Source of the DNA: an uncultured virus (IMG/VR IMGVR_UViG_3300037067_016944) | Lineage: Duplodnaviria; Heunggongvirae; Uroviricota; Caudoviricetes | Strand: one strand, 5' to 3' | Virus record (IMG/VR): IMGVR_UViG_3300037067_016944 | Length of the DNA stretch: 64,000 bases | In this document: positions 39,875-49,539 of the stretch, one piece after another | Layout of the letters: each line of letters opens with the position of its first letter | How positions within the stretch are numbered: the stretch's first letter is position 1 | Notes under the pieces: model-generated | What the model was told of the DNA's origin: nothing | Databases searched by the model: none | The model's input: only the letters and a program-made list of their open reading frames with translations | Made by a program: the position numbers and the translations under genes

Positions 39875-39905
39875 CCGAGGGCCGGTTTACTGGACCGGCC
39901 CTCGG
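39875..39905 (-). terminator. hairpin/terminator before promoter cassette
   Basis: CCGAGGGCCGGT / ACCGGCCCTCGG inverted repeat. Confidence 0.6.
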
Positions 39906-39928
39906 ACCCCCATCAGATCACAAGCCGG

Positions 39929-40189
39929 TCACTCTTCGACCCGCTTTTCCGAAACAATCTCGACGGTCATTTTGAGCTTGTACTCGATGCCGTCGATGGT
40001 GGTGACGGCGGTGCCATCCATGTTGAATTCGACATGGTGGCCTTTGGTGTACTCGTCATGCCATCCTGTCGCAGTTTTGATGGGCGTTTTGTGATCCTTG
40101 TCGTAGACGCTCATGGTGTCGGTGCAAGCGACAGCCGGACTGATGAGCATTTCAAAGACTTCTTGCAGAACTTGTTCTTTCGTGATCAT
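39929..40189 (-). CDS. hypothetical protein
   Basis: Single-gene promoter cassette. Confidence 0.7.
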   Translation of the reverse strand: MITKEQVLQEVFEMLISPAVACTDTMSVYDKDHKTPIKTATGWHDEYTKGHHVEFNMDGTAVTTIDGIEYKLKMTVEIVSEKRVEE

Positions 40190-40273
40190 TTTGATTCCCG
40201 TGTGTGTGTTCGGGGCGGGCCTCCCGCCCTCATGCTTAGTTATAGCACGAGAAGCGGGGATTATTAACCGAGA

Positions 40274-40576
40274 CTAGGCGACGGCTTCGGCGACGGCTTC
40301 ATCTACCATCTGTTGAAAATACCCGCTAGTTTTGATGAAGTCTTGTGCGTTCTTGTAGGAGCAGTTCCCAAGGTAGTTCGTTCCCTCACGTTTCCCGCCA
40401 AGGACCGTAATCTTGACGGTGCACCAACCCCATCGACCCTCTGCCGTCTTCATGACCTCACGGACGGTTTTTGCGTAGCCTTTCATCGATCCGGTTCGCC
40501 TCTCGGATTGCTCTGGCGTCTCGTCTTCGGCCAATGCTTCGATGGTGATGGTGAGCTTGTTTTTGCCGGTTGCCAT
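40274..40576 (-). CDS. hypothetical protein
   Basis: Single-gene promoter cassette, AGGAG SD. Confidence 0.75.
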   Translation of the reverse strand: MATGKNKLTITIEALAEDETPEQSERRTGSMKGYAKTVREVMKTAEGRWGWCTVKITVLGGKREGTNYLGNCSYKNAQDFIKTSGYFQQMVDEAVAEAVA

Positions 40577-40638
40577 TTCGATTCTCCTGTGTGTTGGTCA
40601 TCCCTCGTACTTGGTTATAGCACGGAAGGCGGGAATTA

Positions 40639-41034
40639 TTAACCGGCTTGCTGGTCCTTGAAGGCAAATTCAAGTTCAGTGATGTGCTTGTCGGCCAGAG
40701 TCTTTCGAGCCTCTTGCTCTATCTCAGCGGTCCATTCTTCTCCCTGAATACACCGCCAACCAGACCCCCAACTGACGCGAAAATACGGCTTGCCAGCTAT
40801 GACGATCTTCTCAACAGGAATCAAGACCGGTGGTATAGCGTCGTCGTCCGGTTGAAAACAGCCGATGTTGTATTCTGCTGGACCGTATTTCGCCAACGTT
40901 TCACCTTCCAGCGGTCGCTGTTTTCTCCCAAATGTGACACGGAAGCGAAAAAGACCGTTGTGCCCCTCGATCTTCCAACGATTTATTCGCTTGCCGTTTT
41001 TCATGGCACGTTGTGCCAAAGGTAGATTGTTCAT
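40639..41034 (-). CDS. hypothetical protein
   Basis: Start re-called at MNNLP (ATGA overlap with the repaired upstream gene). Confidence 0.65.
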   Translation of the reverse strand: MNNLPLAQRAMKNGKRINRWKIEGHNGLFRFRVTFGRKQRPLEGETLAKYGPAEYNIGCFQPDDDAIPPVLIPVEKIVIAGKPYFRVSWGSGWRCIQGEEWTAEIEQEARKTLADKHITELEFAFKDQQAG

Positions 41035-41377
41035 TTGTTTTCGCCGGTTCGACAGGGTTTCGGCATCACCTTCCATCGGTTGCTGAGAAGAGCTTCCAGA
41101 TGCGTTTTGTCCAGCGTACTGTGTGCCATCAGGGCGGGGTTGACGTTATCGGCAGGTCGTCAAGCGCGTTCTGGAAGACGAAGGCAACCTCAACGGTCCC
41201 TGAATGCGGCTCTTCCCAAAGACGCACTTCGCAATGCTTCATCAGCATTTCTCGGTTGCCGCTCTTTTCGATCTTGAACTCTGGACCAAGCTTCCGCAAA
41301 AGCCGATCTCGCCAAGTGGTGGGAGCAACACCAACATCGCCCTCCAAGGAACAAGCTCTGTAGTCTGGCATCATCAT
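41031..41377 (-). pseudogene. frameshifted paralog of 42392..42748
   Basis: Similarity continues in another frame after about 41151 (NPALMAHS vs NPVLIAHS). Confidence 0.7.
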
Positions 41378-41490
41378 TCTCCTGTGTGTCGGAGCGGTAC
41401 TCCCGCCCTCGTACTTGGTTATAGCACGAGGGCGGGAACTATTAACCGGAAGGCCGGTCCACTTCGGTGGACCGGCCCCGCCCCGCGAAG

Positions 41491-41868
41491 CTACACCCCT
41501 ACAGGTTCGGCGTCTGATTTCTCCAGGTCAGCCCGCATATCAAAACCCCAGTCAGATTGGATTTGGGCTGCGGCTGCGGCGAATCGGGGGCTATCGAGAA
41601 TCGACCGGATTTGATTCTTTCTCTCTTCCGGCTTCCAGGACAGACCAGGATAAAAGTCCCATAAGAAGTCCTCGAAATCGTCGTAGCAATCGGGGAGGCC
41701 GTTCGCGGCGACACCCTCAAGATGACGGAGGTTGAACTCGACAAACCAAGCATCCGAATGCATTTCTCCCACTTTGGATGCTTCGGCCATCATGGCGTCA
41801 TGGATGGCAACTTCATTTTCAACGACGTGCGGATAGAAACGAGACATGTGAAACTCCTGTATGTACAA
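41491..41868 (-). CDS. hypothetical protein
   Basis: Promoter cassette; start likely 41847 (MSRFY) after AGGAG. Confidence 0.7.
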   Translation of the reverse strand: MYIQEFHMSRFYPHVVENEVAIHDAMMAEASKVGEMHSDAWFVEFNLRHLEGVAANGLPDCYDDFEDFLWDFYPGLSWKPEERKNQIRSILDSPRFAAAAAQIQSDWGFDMRADLEKSDAEPVGV

Positions 41869-41927
41869 AGGACGGAACCCCCGCCCATGTCAGGTTATAG
41901 CACGACGAGCGGAAACTATTAACCGGG

Positions 41928-42362
41928 CTACTTGAGCAGCAATTCACGCTGCCCACCAGCCTTGTGGTTGACCGGTCTCGGCGGTTTAACTGACTTGCCG
42001 GTCAGCTTCGCTTGGACTCCGTTCTCGATCAGCTCCTGCAATTCTCGCGTTCGGCGTCTGATCTCGTCATCCATTTCAGCACGGACTTGCTTCTCGGCTT
42101 CGGCTCGTGTGATCTTCTCCACGGCATGGTCGTGCCAACGCGACCACCCATAGAACTGACAGATGACGCTGCGAAGACTATTGAGCGTTTTCTCGTTCAC
42201 TTCGACGGCCACTTCTTTGCCGTCACGTGATTTGATGTTCAAGACGATACCTTGCTTGGTGCAATCGAGCAATGTCCTACCACAATAGTCGACAATCGTC
42301 GGGTGGCGGTCTTCGTGTTTGTGCCTGTAGTCTTTCCAAGGCTTTCCCGGAATGAGTGCCAT
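41928..42362 (-). CDS. hypothetical protein
   Basis: ACACAGGAG SD, start MALIP. Confidence 0.7.
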   Translation of the reverse strand: MALIPGKPWKDYRHKHEDRHPTIVDYCGRTLLDCTKQGIVLNIKSRDGKEVAVEVNEKTLNSLRSVICQFYGWSRWHDHAVEKITRAEAEKQVRAEMDDEIRRRTRELQELIENGVQAKLTGKSVKPPRPVNHKAGGQRELLLK

Positions 42363-42391
42363 CTTATTCTCCTGTGTGCGTCCTTGGGTGG

Positions 42392-42748
42392 TTATTTCGT
42401 TTGTGGCGGGATTGTCGGGTCTTCCAGCACTTCCAAACGCCATTGGTCGATGACCGGCTTTTTGTCGAGTTTCGCCAACAGCCGCTCCTTGTCCTGGTCG
42501 GAATGTGCGATCAAGACCGGATTCAGAGCTTTGTGAAGGCTCACGACGTCCTTCTTCGCGACATAGGCGACCTCGACCCATCCGGTTCTCAACGTCCTGG
42601 TCCAGAGGAAGACCTTGCATTGTTTCACAACCGCGAAGGTCGTTGCCGTTTCCGAGATTCGGAAGTCACTTCCGAGCTTTCTCAGTAGACGTTCTTGCCA
42701 TGTTTCAAGCAAGGTTTCACGAATGATGCAGATCCGGCTGCGTGTCAT
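42392..42748 (-). CDS. hypothetical protein
   Basis: Promoter 42786 plus GGAG SD, start MTRSR. Confidence 0.7.
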   Translation of the reverse strand: MTRSRICIIRETLLETWQERLLRKLGSDFRISETATTFAVVKQCKVFLWTRTLRTGWVEVAYVAKKDVVSLHKALNPVLIAHSDQDKERLLAKLDKKPVIDQWRLEVLEDPTIPPQTK

Positions 42749-43270
42749 TTTCGTAGCTCCAAGTTGAGTCGGTTTCGTCTGCTTGGTTATAGCACGACGA
42801 GCGGAAACTATTAACCGGACCGTTTGGATACTACGACGCCCATGGTGACGACGAGCCACCATGGGCGTTACACAGGAACATTATTTCGGTTTTTCGAAAG
42901 TGACTGGCGGACCATCCCACATTCGAATAGGTCGAGCAGGATAAAGCACTATGTCGCCTTGAGCGTTCAGTTTCACCATCCCTAGGGTGTTGCCAACGCC
43001 GTCCTTCAACTTCGTCAACCTAGAGGTTAACTTAATCTGTTTTGTTTCCATAGAGGAAAGGGCTAAACCACTCCTATCGGCAAGTCGGTCTTTTCGGTCG
43101 TCACCTTACCGCCGTTTCGGACAGCCCAATCGGCACGACTGGCGAAATCCCTTTGGGCGTCTCGGTCGTCCCAGTCGATAACCCGCTTGTGACACTCGCC
43201 CGTGTCGGCATAAAAGACAGTGCAGAGGACCTTCAACACGATTCATTCCTTTCCAGGTAGGAAACCAACA

Positions 43271-43612
43271 TCACCACTCGCCGATGATCTCGCGAAGCTC
43301 CTTTTCGAAGTCGTCGCTACGCCACGAGTTCAGGCCGAACTCGATGACACCGGCACCCAGCTTCTCGCGGTCAAATACGGCCACATTCCCCTTGTCCTTG
43401 AAGACCGTCGCCACCATCTTGTAACGTTCTCCCTCGAAGATGGAGTCGAAAGTAAGGACACAAAAGCCGTTGCCGACCATGCCATTTCTGTGGTAGGCTT
43501 TTTCAACCGTTCCAGGAACGATGGCAACGTCTTTGCCTTTCCCTGACCACTTCGGCACCGCTACTGGACCGAGTTTCGCTTTGCCGATGGCTTCACGCTG
43601 ATGGCTTCTCAT
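43271..43612 (-). CDS. hypothetical protein
   Basis: GGGAG SD; YHRNG..G.GF and NSWR.D.FE motifs. Confidence 0.7.
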   Translation of the reverse strand: MRSHQREAIGKAKLGPVAVPKWSGKGKDVAIVPGTVEKAYHRNGMVGNGFCVLTFDSIFEGERYKMVATVFKDKGNVAVFDREKLGAGVIEFGLNSWRSDDFEKELREIIGEW

Positions 43613-43635
43613 GCTCTCCCTTTCCAGTTAGGAAA

Positions 43636-43884
43636 CTAGCCCACATCCTCGACGACCACGTAGCTCAACGTCCAGAGCGGGTCTTCGTTCTCGAATTCAG
43701 CTCTGGTCAGATAGACTTCGCCGGTTTCGTCGTCGGCGTCGATGTTGAGTGGCTCTGTATCTTGAGCCTCCTTGACCATCTGTTCGGCGATTTCAGCGAT
43801 ACGGGTTAGGGTCGCCTGTTTGGTTGACCTGACGGCCAGTATCTCGTTCTGGTAGTCCATCTGGTTGCGGACGATCACGAACAT
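43636..43884 (-). CDS. hypothetical protein
   Basis: ACACAGGAG SD, start MFVIV. Confidence 0.7.
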   Translation of the reverse strand: MFVIVRNQMDYQNEILAVRSTKQATLTRIAEIAEQMVKEAQDTEPLNIDADDETGEVYLTRAEFENEDPLWTLSYVVVEDVG

Positions 43885-44005
43885 AGTCGTTCTCCTGTGT
43901 CGGTTCTGGCTGGCGGTGACGGCAGGGAGGGTGCAAGCACCGGTGCTGACGTGGAGGACAGCCAGAACCGACACCTCCCCGAAGGGAGGGCGGATGGCGG
44001 TTCTG

Positions 44006-44188
44006 CTAGATGGAGCAGACGACTGGGATTGCCGCCATGAGTTTGTCTTCGCTGGCACAGAGGGTCATGTCGACCAGGGTACGGGCACGGTCTTCGTCGG
44101 CGGGTGTCGCTTCCCGGTCGACGGCGATCTTGGCTACGACGTTGTTGACGAGGCGGCTGACGGTCTTGTTCAGGTCTTTCTTGGTCAT
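44006..44188 (-). CDS. small hypothetical protein
   Basis: Downstream of promoter 44268, start MTKKD. Confidence 0.6.
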   Translation of the reverse strand: MTKKDLNKTVSRLVNNVVAKIAVDREATPADEDRARTLVDMTLCASEDKLMAAIPVVCSI

Positions 44189-44389
44189 TTCGCGGAATCC
44201 TGTGTAGTACCAGGGTCGTGAGGGCCGGACCGAATTCGGTCGTCTCGTCACCCTCTCCCGGTACTTGGTTATAGCACGCGACGAGCCGGTCATTAATTCT
44301 CTCTTCGCCGACGAGCCGGTTAATAGTTCCCCTCTGTCGTGCTATAACAAGGTGGATTTCACCATTGTTTTTCTTTTTCGGAGTTTTAC

Positions 44390-44761
44390 ATGCCTCGTTT
44401 CTACCAGTGGGATGAGTATGCTAACAGCGACATCGCCGAAGGGTTTTCGACCATCGCTCTTCAAAAGGGTCCGCGTGGTTCTGATCCGTTCGTCGTCGAG
44501 TACGCTCTTTTGTTGCTTGAGGACGCCGTTGCTCGTGGTCTTCCAGACTTTTACCAACAAGAGGTGTACAAGAACGAGAACGCTTTCAGGATCTTCTTGC
44601 CTGGATTCTTTTTCATTCTTGGGTCTCCTCCCGATAGGCGATCTTGTCGCATTCGTTTGTTGCGTCTTATAAGCGACTCTCCCCGTTTCTCTCCTGTTGT
44701 TGATGCTGTTCAGCGCGACTGGGGCGTTGATCTTCGTGCTGAGTTTGAAGCGTCTGCGTAG
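44390..44761 (+). CDS. hypothetical protein
   Basis: Promoter 44337 plus GGAG SD; T-rich codon usage. Confidence 0.65.
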   Translation: MPRFYQWDEYANSDIAEGFSTIALQKGPRGSDPFVVEYALLLLEDAVARGLPDFYQQEVYKNENAFRIFLPGFFFILGSPPDRRSCRIRLLRLISDSPRFSPVVDAVQRDWGVDLRAEFEASA

Positions 44762-44814
44762 TACGGTTAATAGTTTCCTCCTCTAGTGCTATAACTAGGT
44801 AGGAGGAAAAGAAC

Positions 44815-45060
44815 ATGAGATCACCAGAGTTCAAAGCAGCCTGCAAACTGGCATTCGACAGAGTGGTTGACCTGTCGAGTGAAAACGACGACAGCTTTTG
44901 GGGTTTCGGCCTTCCAGGATTCAAGCCGATCATGGCGACGATCCGCCAAGCAGCCAAGGCCATCCGATACCAATGCTGGCAGCTTGACGGTGGTATCGAC
45001 AACGACAACCTACAGGAATGTCGGGTTGCCTTCCGCAAGAGCGTCACCGTCGTCGGTTAA
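44815..45060 (+). CDS. hypothetical protein
   Basis: Promoter 44784 plus AGGAGG SD. Confidence 0.75.
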   Translation: MRSPEFKAACKLAFDRVVDLSSENDDSFWGFGLPGFKPIMATIRQAAKAIRYQCWQLDGGIDNDNLQECRVAFRKSVTVVG

Positions 45061-45104
45061 CAGTTCCTTCTGCTCGTGCTATAACCAAGTAGGAGGAAAC
45101 CACG

Positions 45105-45347
45105 ATGGGATACCAAAAAGAGATCGAGCTAGCCAAGAGCCTTGGCTATACTGTCGAAAAGCAACGCTTGGTCGGTGATCCGCCGATCTTCAGCCGGTCG
45201 CGTCTACCACATCCTCGAATCAGGATTTGGGAATGCGTCCACGATTGCAAGATTCGTTGGGCGTGTGCCGAGTTGGACAACGGTGGCTGGAAGAATCACC
45301 GCTACTATGCGGACTTGACCGAAGCCATCACGAAGGAGGCGAAATAA
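45105..45347 (+). CDS. hypothetical protein
   Basis: Promoter 45074 plus AGGAGG SD. Confidence 0.75.
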   Translation: MGYQKEIELAKSLGYTVEKQRLVGDPPIFSRSRLPHPRIRIWECVHDCKIRWACAELDNGGWKNHRYYADLTEAITKEAK

Positions 45348-45595
45348 TGGAATACGCAGAACTTGGCGACAGTGTGTGCTGGTGGCTCAAGAAAGACCAT
45401 GGAGTAAGAGCCAATGTGACCGGACTTGTCGGAAGTCTGGAGGTCAAGGGCTATGAAATGCACGGCTTCACTGGCCCTGTCGCCCTGTCCGACTTACGTC
45501 AGGTCGGCGACCATTGGATTGTGAAGGTCAACGGCATTTGGTGTGACGCTATCGGCAGAGCCATCGCCGGTCTGATTGTCGGATATGGTGGTTAA
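45347..45595 (+). CDS. hypothetical protein
   Basis: GGAGG SD, TAATG overlap. Confidence 0.65.
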   Translation: MEYAELGDSVCWWLKKDHGVRANVTGLVGSLEVKGYEMHGFTGPVALSDLRQVGDHWIVKVNGIWCDAIGRAIAGLIVGYGG

Positions 45596-45922
45596 GCTGG
45601 ATGGCCTGTCGTGCTATAACTAAGTAGGAGGGACGAAGATGAACCGCGACTACTGGTTGGACCAAGCCGAATTGCAGCTACAGCAAACAGGAGACGACTA
45701 CAATGAAGCGGACGTGTCGAGTTTAGCTGATGCCATGATGATCGAGGAGCAGTGCACATGTTAGCAACAATCATGCTGGCCTTACCACCAACGGGCTGGC
45801 AAATCATAGAAGACGACGGAGAGACCGCCCCCGTCATTATGGCGGTCGACGGAGGTTGGCCTTGACGGGGCTGGCCTGCCGTCGCAATAGACGCCACGTG
45901 GTAATGGCGTAGCGACGACAGT

Positions 45923-45957
45923 AGGGAACCGCCCCCATTTTAGCAGGGGCGGTTCCC
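45923..45957 (+). terminator. intrinsic terminator
   Basis: GGGAACCGCCCC / GGGGCGGTTCCC stem followed by TTATTATTT. Confidence 0.7.
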
Positions 45958-46629
45958 TTATTATTTCTCTTCGGCTTCTGTGCCGACAAGGTTCTTTTCG
46001 TATCAACCGTCTAATCTTGACGGCCACGGAAATAATCCCGCGATGCCTGAACAGGGCACATCTTGGGTATTTCTATATACCGAACCCCCACCCCCTCTAT
46101 GGGGAGAGTATAGGTAATTATGCCCCAAAAGTACTACTGTTAAGCCTATGGGGGTCGGGTTTTTCTCCCTATCGAATATACTTTCCGCATGCGTGAGAGG
46201 CTGATATATTCCTCTTTCAGTCCGAGCATCTATTAACTGCTCTCTTTCCTTCAAGATGATGGCTTCCGTCTCCGTTTTTCTTTCAGACTTCACTTTTCGC
46301 TTTTAGGCTAATCAAGACCGGGAAGATTGGGAAGCGGGGAAGCGGGGAACGTTCGTCATTTACTTCTCCCCCGGAACAATGCTCAATGCACAGGAGGACC
46401 CGATATCGAATTTCCGCGAGAATAAACTTCCAAATGTGCGAAGGGATGACCATATCCCAAAGCGACTCTATGGTTGGAAAGAGCGGGCGATGCAAGCCTT
46501 TCAGACCCCAGATAGCGAAAAACTCCGTTTTGAGTAATTGGCCTGGGGGTCCAAACGACGAAAAGGACTCTAATGTGGAGAAGACGAATCAGGCACCTTT
46601 AGACACTAACAGAGTCACTCAGAGGTTGT

Positions 46630-47007
46630 TCAACCTCTGTCGGCCAATAAAACAAGGCAGCAATGGGCAAGTTTTTTCTGCGACAGCCCGATTGTTTCGC
46701 TTGCTTTTATTAGCTTTTGATGGGTTGCGATATCGACAATGCGTGTTTTACGGCCCAATGCCTTATCGCACCCCATTCTTTTGAAAAGCGACAAAACATC
46801 TTCGAGATATCGATCGCAAGCTATTGTAAGGGCTTCACGAAAATTCTCGGCACCAGAAAGTCGAATCACATCTGTAAGAAACTGGGAATCGGCCTCAAGA
46901 TTTATCATGGATGTGCTTGGCCGCTTCTTACCACACATCGGGCAAAATGGAGTCGTTCTAGTCTTACCACAACAGACGAACAATGTGAGGTCTTTAGTTC
47001 TTCGCAT
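46630..47007 (-). CDS. zinc-ribbon plus putative ribbon-helix-helix protein (paralog family)
   Basis: CCGKTRTTPFCPMCG; shared C-terminal domain. Confidence 0.7.
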   Translation of the reverse strand: MRRTKDLTLFVCCGKTRTTPFCPMCGKKRPSTSMINLEADSQFLTDVIRLSGAENFREALTIACDRYLEDVLSLFKRMGCDKALGRKTRIVDIATHQKLIKASETIGLSQKKLAHCCLVLLADRG

Positions 47008-47008
47008 G

Positions 47009-47572
47009 CTATTCTGGTTCTTGGGGCTTAGGTGGCAAATCAGTATCGGCAAAAAGAGTCATGACCGCTCTTATGATATCAGTGCGAGGAACACCATATT
47101 TCGATGCAACCTCGTCAAGTTCTTCGATATTCGATATGCTGACGGGCCAGATTCTTATATTATCTGATTGTCGCTGGCTAAATCCGGCAGATTGTAAGTT
47201 TTTATCGACAACCGGCAGAAATGTGCCAATGGCTTCGTCCAACGCATCACGAAAATTACCGGTCTTTACCTTAGCTCTTGCTCGCTCAACAATTTCCGGT
47301 GCGAAGCCTATCTTCACCATTTCACGCTTGCCGATATTACGCCGCATGCCTTTCGGAATATCTCCGATATCTGGAAATTGGTGTCCGCAGCCGCATTTTT
47401 GGTCACGCCATTTAACCCATCCTCTGCATACCGGACACATCCGACGCCCAGTACCCGGCGTATAATGGACCAAAACGCCGTTGACATCGCGAAAGAAAAC
47501 AAAGCCACATTGGCATGTTGATACGGCACCTGGAACGTGTTTGAAGCAGTTGGGACAATGCCTATTTGCCAT
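47009..47572 (-). CDS. double zinc-ribbon plus putative RHH protein (paralog family)
   Basis: CPNC..CQCG, CPVC..CGCG; NFRDALDEA..; YGVPRTDIIR. Confidence 0.7.
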   Translation of the reverse strand: MANRHCPNCFKHVPGAVSTCQCGFVFFRDVNGVLVHYTPGTGRRMCPVCRGWVKWRDQKCGCGHQFPDIGDIPKGMRRNIGKREMVKIGFAPEIVERARAKVKTGNFRDALDEAIGTFLPVVDKNLQSAGFSQRQSDNIRIWPVSISNIEELDEVASKYGVPRTDIIRAVMTLFADTDLPPKPQEPE

Positions 47573-47610
47573 TTAAAGATCCTTTAGTCCTGGTCTATCT
47601 TACCTGGAAG

Positions 47611-47862
47611 TTAGCAGACGCCGTGACACTTTGGTCCTGGCATACTTGCCAAAACTACGCCGTCATCGTAAGCATGTCCGCTATGAAGTTCGCTATTGCT
47701 AGCACCCGTGCGGTCCACGACGCTCAACTGGTCCCCTTCGGTCATGAATTCGAGCCGTTCAGGGCACGCCTCTAGACACCGTTTCATCCGATAAACCCAC
47801 TTACGTTCTTCTGGCGTAAGGTGTGGAACTTTCAGCTTAGAGTTTTCGATGATTTTGAACAT
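47611..47862 (-). CDS. hypothetical protein
   Basis: AGGAG SD. Confidence 0.6.
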   Translation of the reverse strand: MFKIIENSKLKVPHLTPEERKWVYRMKRCLEACPERLEFMTEGDQLSVVDRTGASNSELHSGHAYDDGVVLASMPGPKCHGVC

Positions 47863-48257
47863 GGTTCTCCTTTCTGCAATTCCTCATCAACATAAACCTT
47901 AAGGCAGCAACGAGCTAATTCTGCGCGTGTTATGCCTAAAAGGGCACTAGCTCTAGTGATCTTGTCATAGGTATCATACGATATCTGATACCCCAGAGTG
48001 TTCTCAATATTGGGACGCATATAACCGGCATGCAGAAGACGCTCAACTACCGTATCGAGGCATTTATCACACGCTGCTGCAAATGCTTGACGAAAAGGTG
48101 GTCCTATTGAAGATACTAGCCGTTTCGCCATACCGGGATCGAGATGAAGTTTCATCTGTACCAGCGGTGGTTTTACACCTAGTCGTTTGCCACATATAGG
48201 ACAAAATGGAGTTGCTCTCGTTTCACCGCAGCAAGCATATGGCGTAATTTCGTTCAT
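47832..48257 (-). CDS. zinc-ribbon plus putative RHH protein (paralog family)
   Basis: CCGETRATPFCPICG; LGITRAELARCC. Confidence 0.7.
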   Translation of the reverse strand: MNEITPYACCGETRATPFCPICGKRLGVKPPLVQMKLHLDPGMAKRLVSSIGPPFRQAFAAACDKCLDTVVERLLHAGYMRPNIENTLGYQISYDTYDKITRASALLGITRAELARCCLKVYVDEELQKGEPCSKSSKTLS

Positions 48258-48258
48258 A

Positions 48259-49410
48259 TTACTTCTTACGATTCTCCCAGTTCTTTGGTGACAACGCTAT
48301 TTCTGGCGGGTATGATTGCAGTCTGCCAAACAGACTTGGAGGTGTGATCCCAAGCCTGTTTGCCCACTGAGTGAGTGTCATCGTTTCGCCGTCGCAAGTG
48401 AGCGAATTTTTGCGTGTGTGTAGCTTTACGGCCTGCTCAATGGTGTGATCCCGAAGATATTGGTAAAGAGTGTTCTCTTTGCACCGTAGCTTGGTTGCCC
48501 ATTTCCTTATCGATAGCGTTTCGCCATCATGCGTATATTCCTTGTCCAGCCAATCAGGGAGGCCAATCCAGAATCTTTTCATATCTCTGCTTTTACCAAC
48601 CCAGGTTGGATTCGCCATAGCTATCTGGCGATGAAACTCCTCGTCTTTTTTAATCAATCGAACCAACCGTCTGGCTAATTTAGGCTGCTCTTTGATTGAT
48701 GGCCGCTTGACTCCGCTCGCAACCATTTCGAGGAACATCTTCTTTTCTTTCTCGTCTTCATGCCGCACAATCTCAACCTTGGTGTCGCGGAACCAGTCGG
48801 GACGAATCAGTTTCAACTTGGCGGTGAACTCGGCGTCGTAGGCGTGTTGGGAAGGAGAAGTGAATCGCTCGATGGCTTCAGCGAATCTCATCTCTTCATC
48901 GTTCTTGGCAGACTTCCTGTGTATTCGCTTGCCACCGGCTAAGGCGTATGCCAATATCTCTTCCTTGAGCTTGATAACTCGTTCGTCTCTGTCGGGGTCG
49001 AACCATTCCGGGCGAAGGGGCTGGAATATCTCGGGATGTCGACCAATCTGGTTATCTATCGCCATACCATGCTTGCCAGATCTCCACCCCGGTCGCGGTG
49101 CCCCGCTTTTAGCAAGTTTCAAGGCTTCCTGAAAAGCCTTTGCAGATCTCTCACGCCTATCGGGGTCAAACCAATCGGAAGGGACGGCACGTACTCTAAT
49201 ATCAAAGGAGAAGTCGTATGCATCGCCTCCCTTATCACAAGCTGCGTCAAGAGTCCTAGCCAAACTACTCTCGTCAAGATCTTTACTATACCTGTTTGGA
49301 CGCGGCTGACCAGAGCGAACCATCTCCAGCAATCTGGCTTTTCTGGCTCCAATTGCTATGTGTATAGCTTCGCGGGTCATGCCAGCAAACCAAAGCTCTC
49401 TTCGTGCCAT
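48259..49410 (-). CDS. repeat protein with C-terminal DNA-binding modules
   Basis: Four ~60-aa units ending in a P.WF-like motif; two T.DGET....WA..L modules. Confidence 0.75.
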   Translation of the reverse strand: MARRELWFAGMTREAIHIAIGARKARLLEMVRSGQPRPNRYSKDLDESSLARTLDAACDKGGDAYDFSFDIRVRAVPSDWFDPDRRERSAKAFQEALKLAKSGAPRPGWRSGKHGMAIDNQIGRHPEIFQPLRPEWFDPDRDERVIKLKEEILAYALAGGKRIHRKSAKNDEEMRFAEAIERFTSPSQHAYDAEFTAKLKLIRPDWFRDTKVEIVRHEDEKEKKMFLEMVASGVKRPSIKEQPKLARRLVRLIKKDEEFHRQIAMANPTWVGKSRDMKRFWIGLPDWLDKEYTHDGETLSIRKWATKLRCKENTLYQYLRDHTIEQAVKLHTRKNSLTCDGETMTLTQWANRLGITPPSLFGRLQSYPPEIALSPKNWENRKK

Positions 49411-49539
49411 ACATAACCTCCAACGTCATGGTTATAGCACGAGAGGCGGGAACTATTAATTCCGTGATAACTAACAGCCGAGTTAATAATCACTCGCGTT
49501 CGTGCTATAATTTCATGAACCGCCAACCAGGAGAACAAT

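Noticed and set aside
34371..45620. Repeated GTTATAGCACGA motif as a CRISPR array or integron attC sites
   Set aside because: Spacing is irregular and gene-sized, the geometry fits -35/17 bp/-10, and no cas or integrase gene is visible
45960..46620. ORFs 46003..46293, 46283..46495 and 46386..46784
   Set aside because: No clear SD, promoter or motif; the region lies between converging transcription units and may be non-coding
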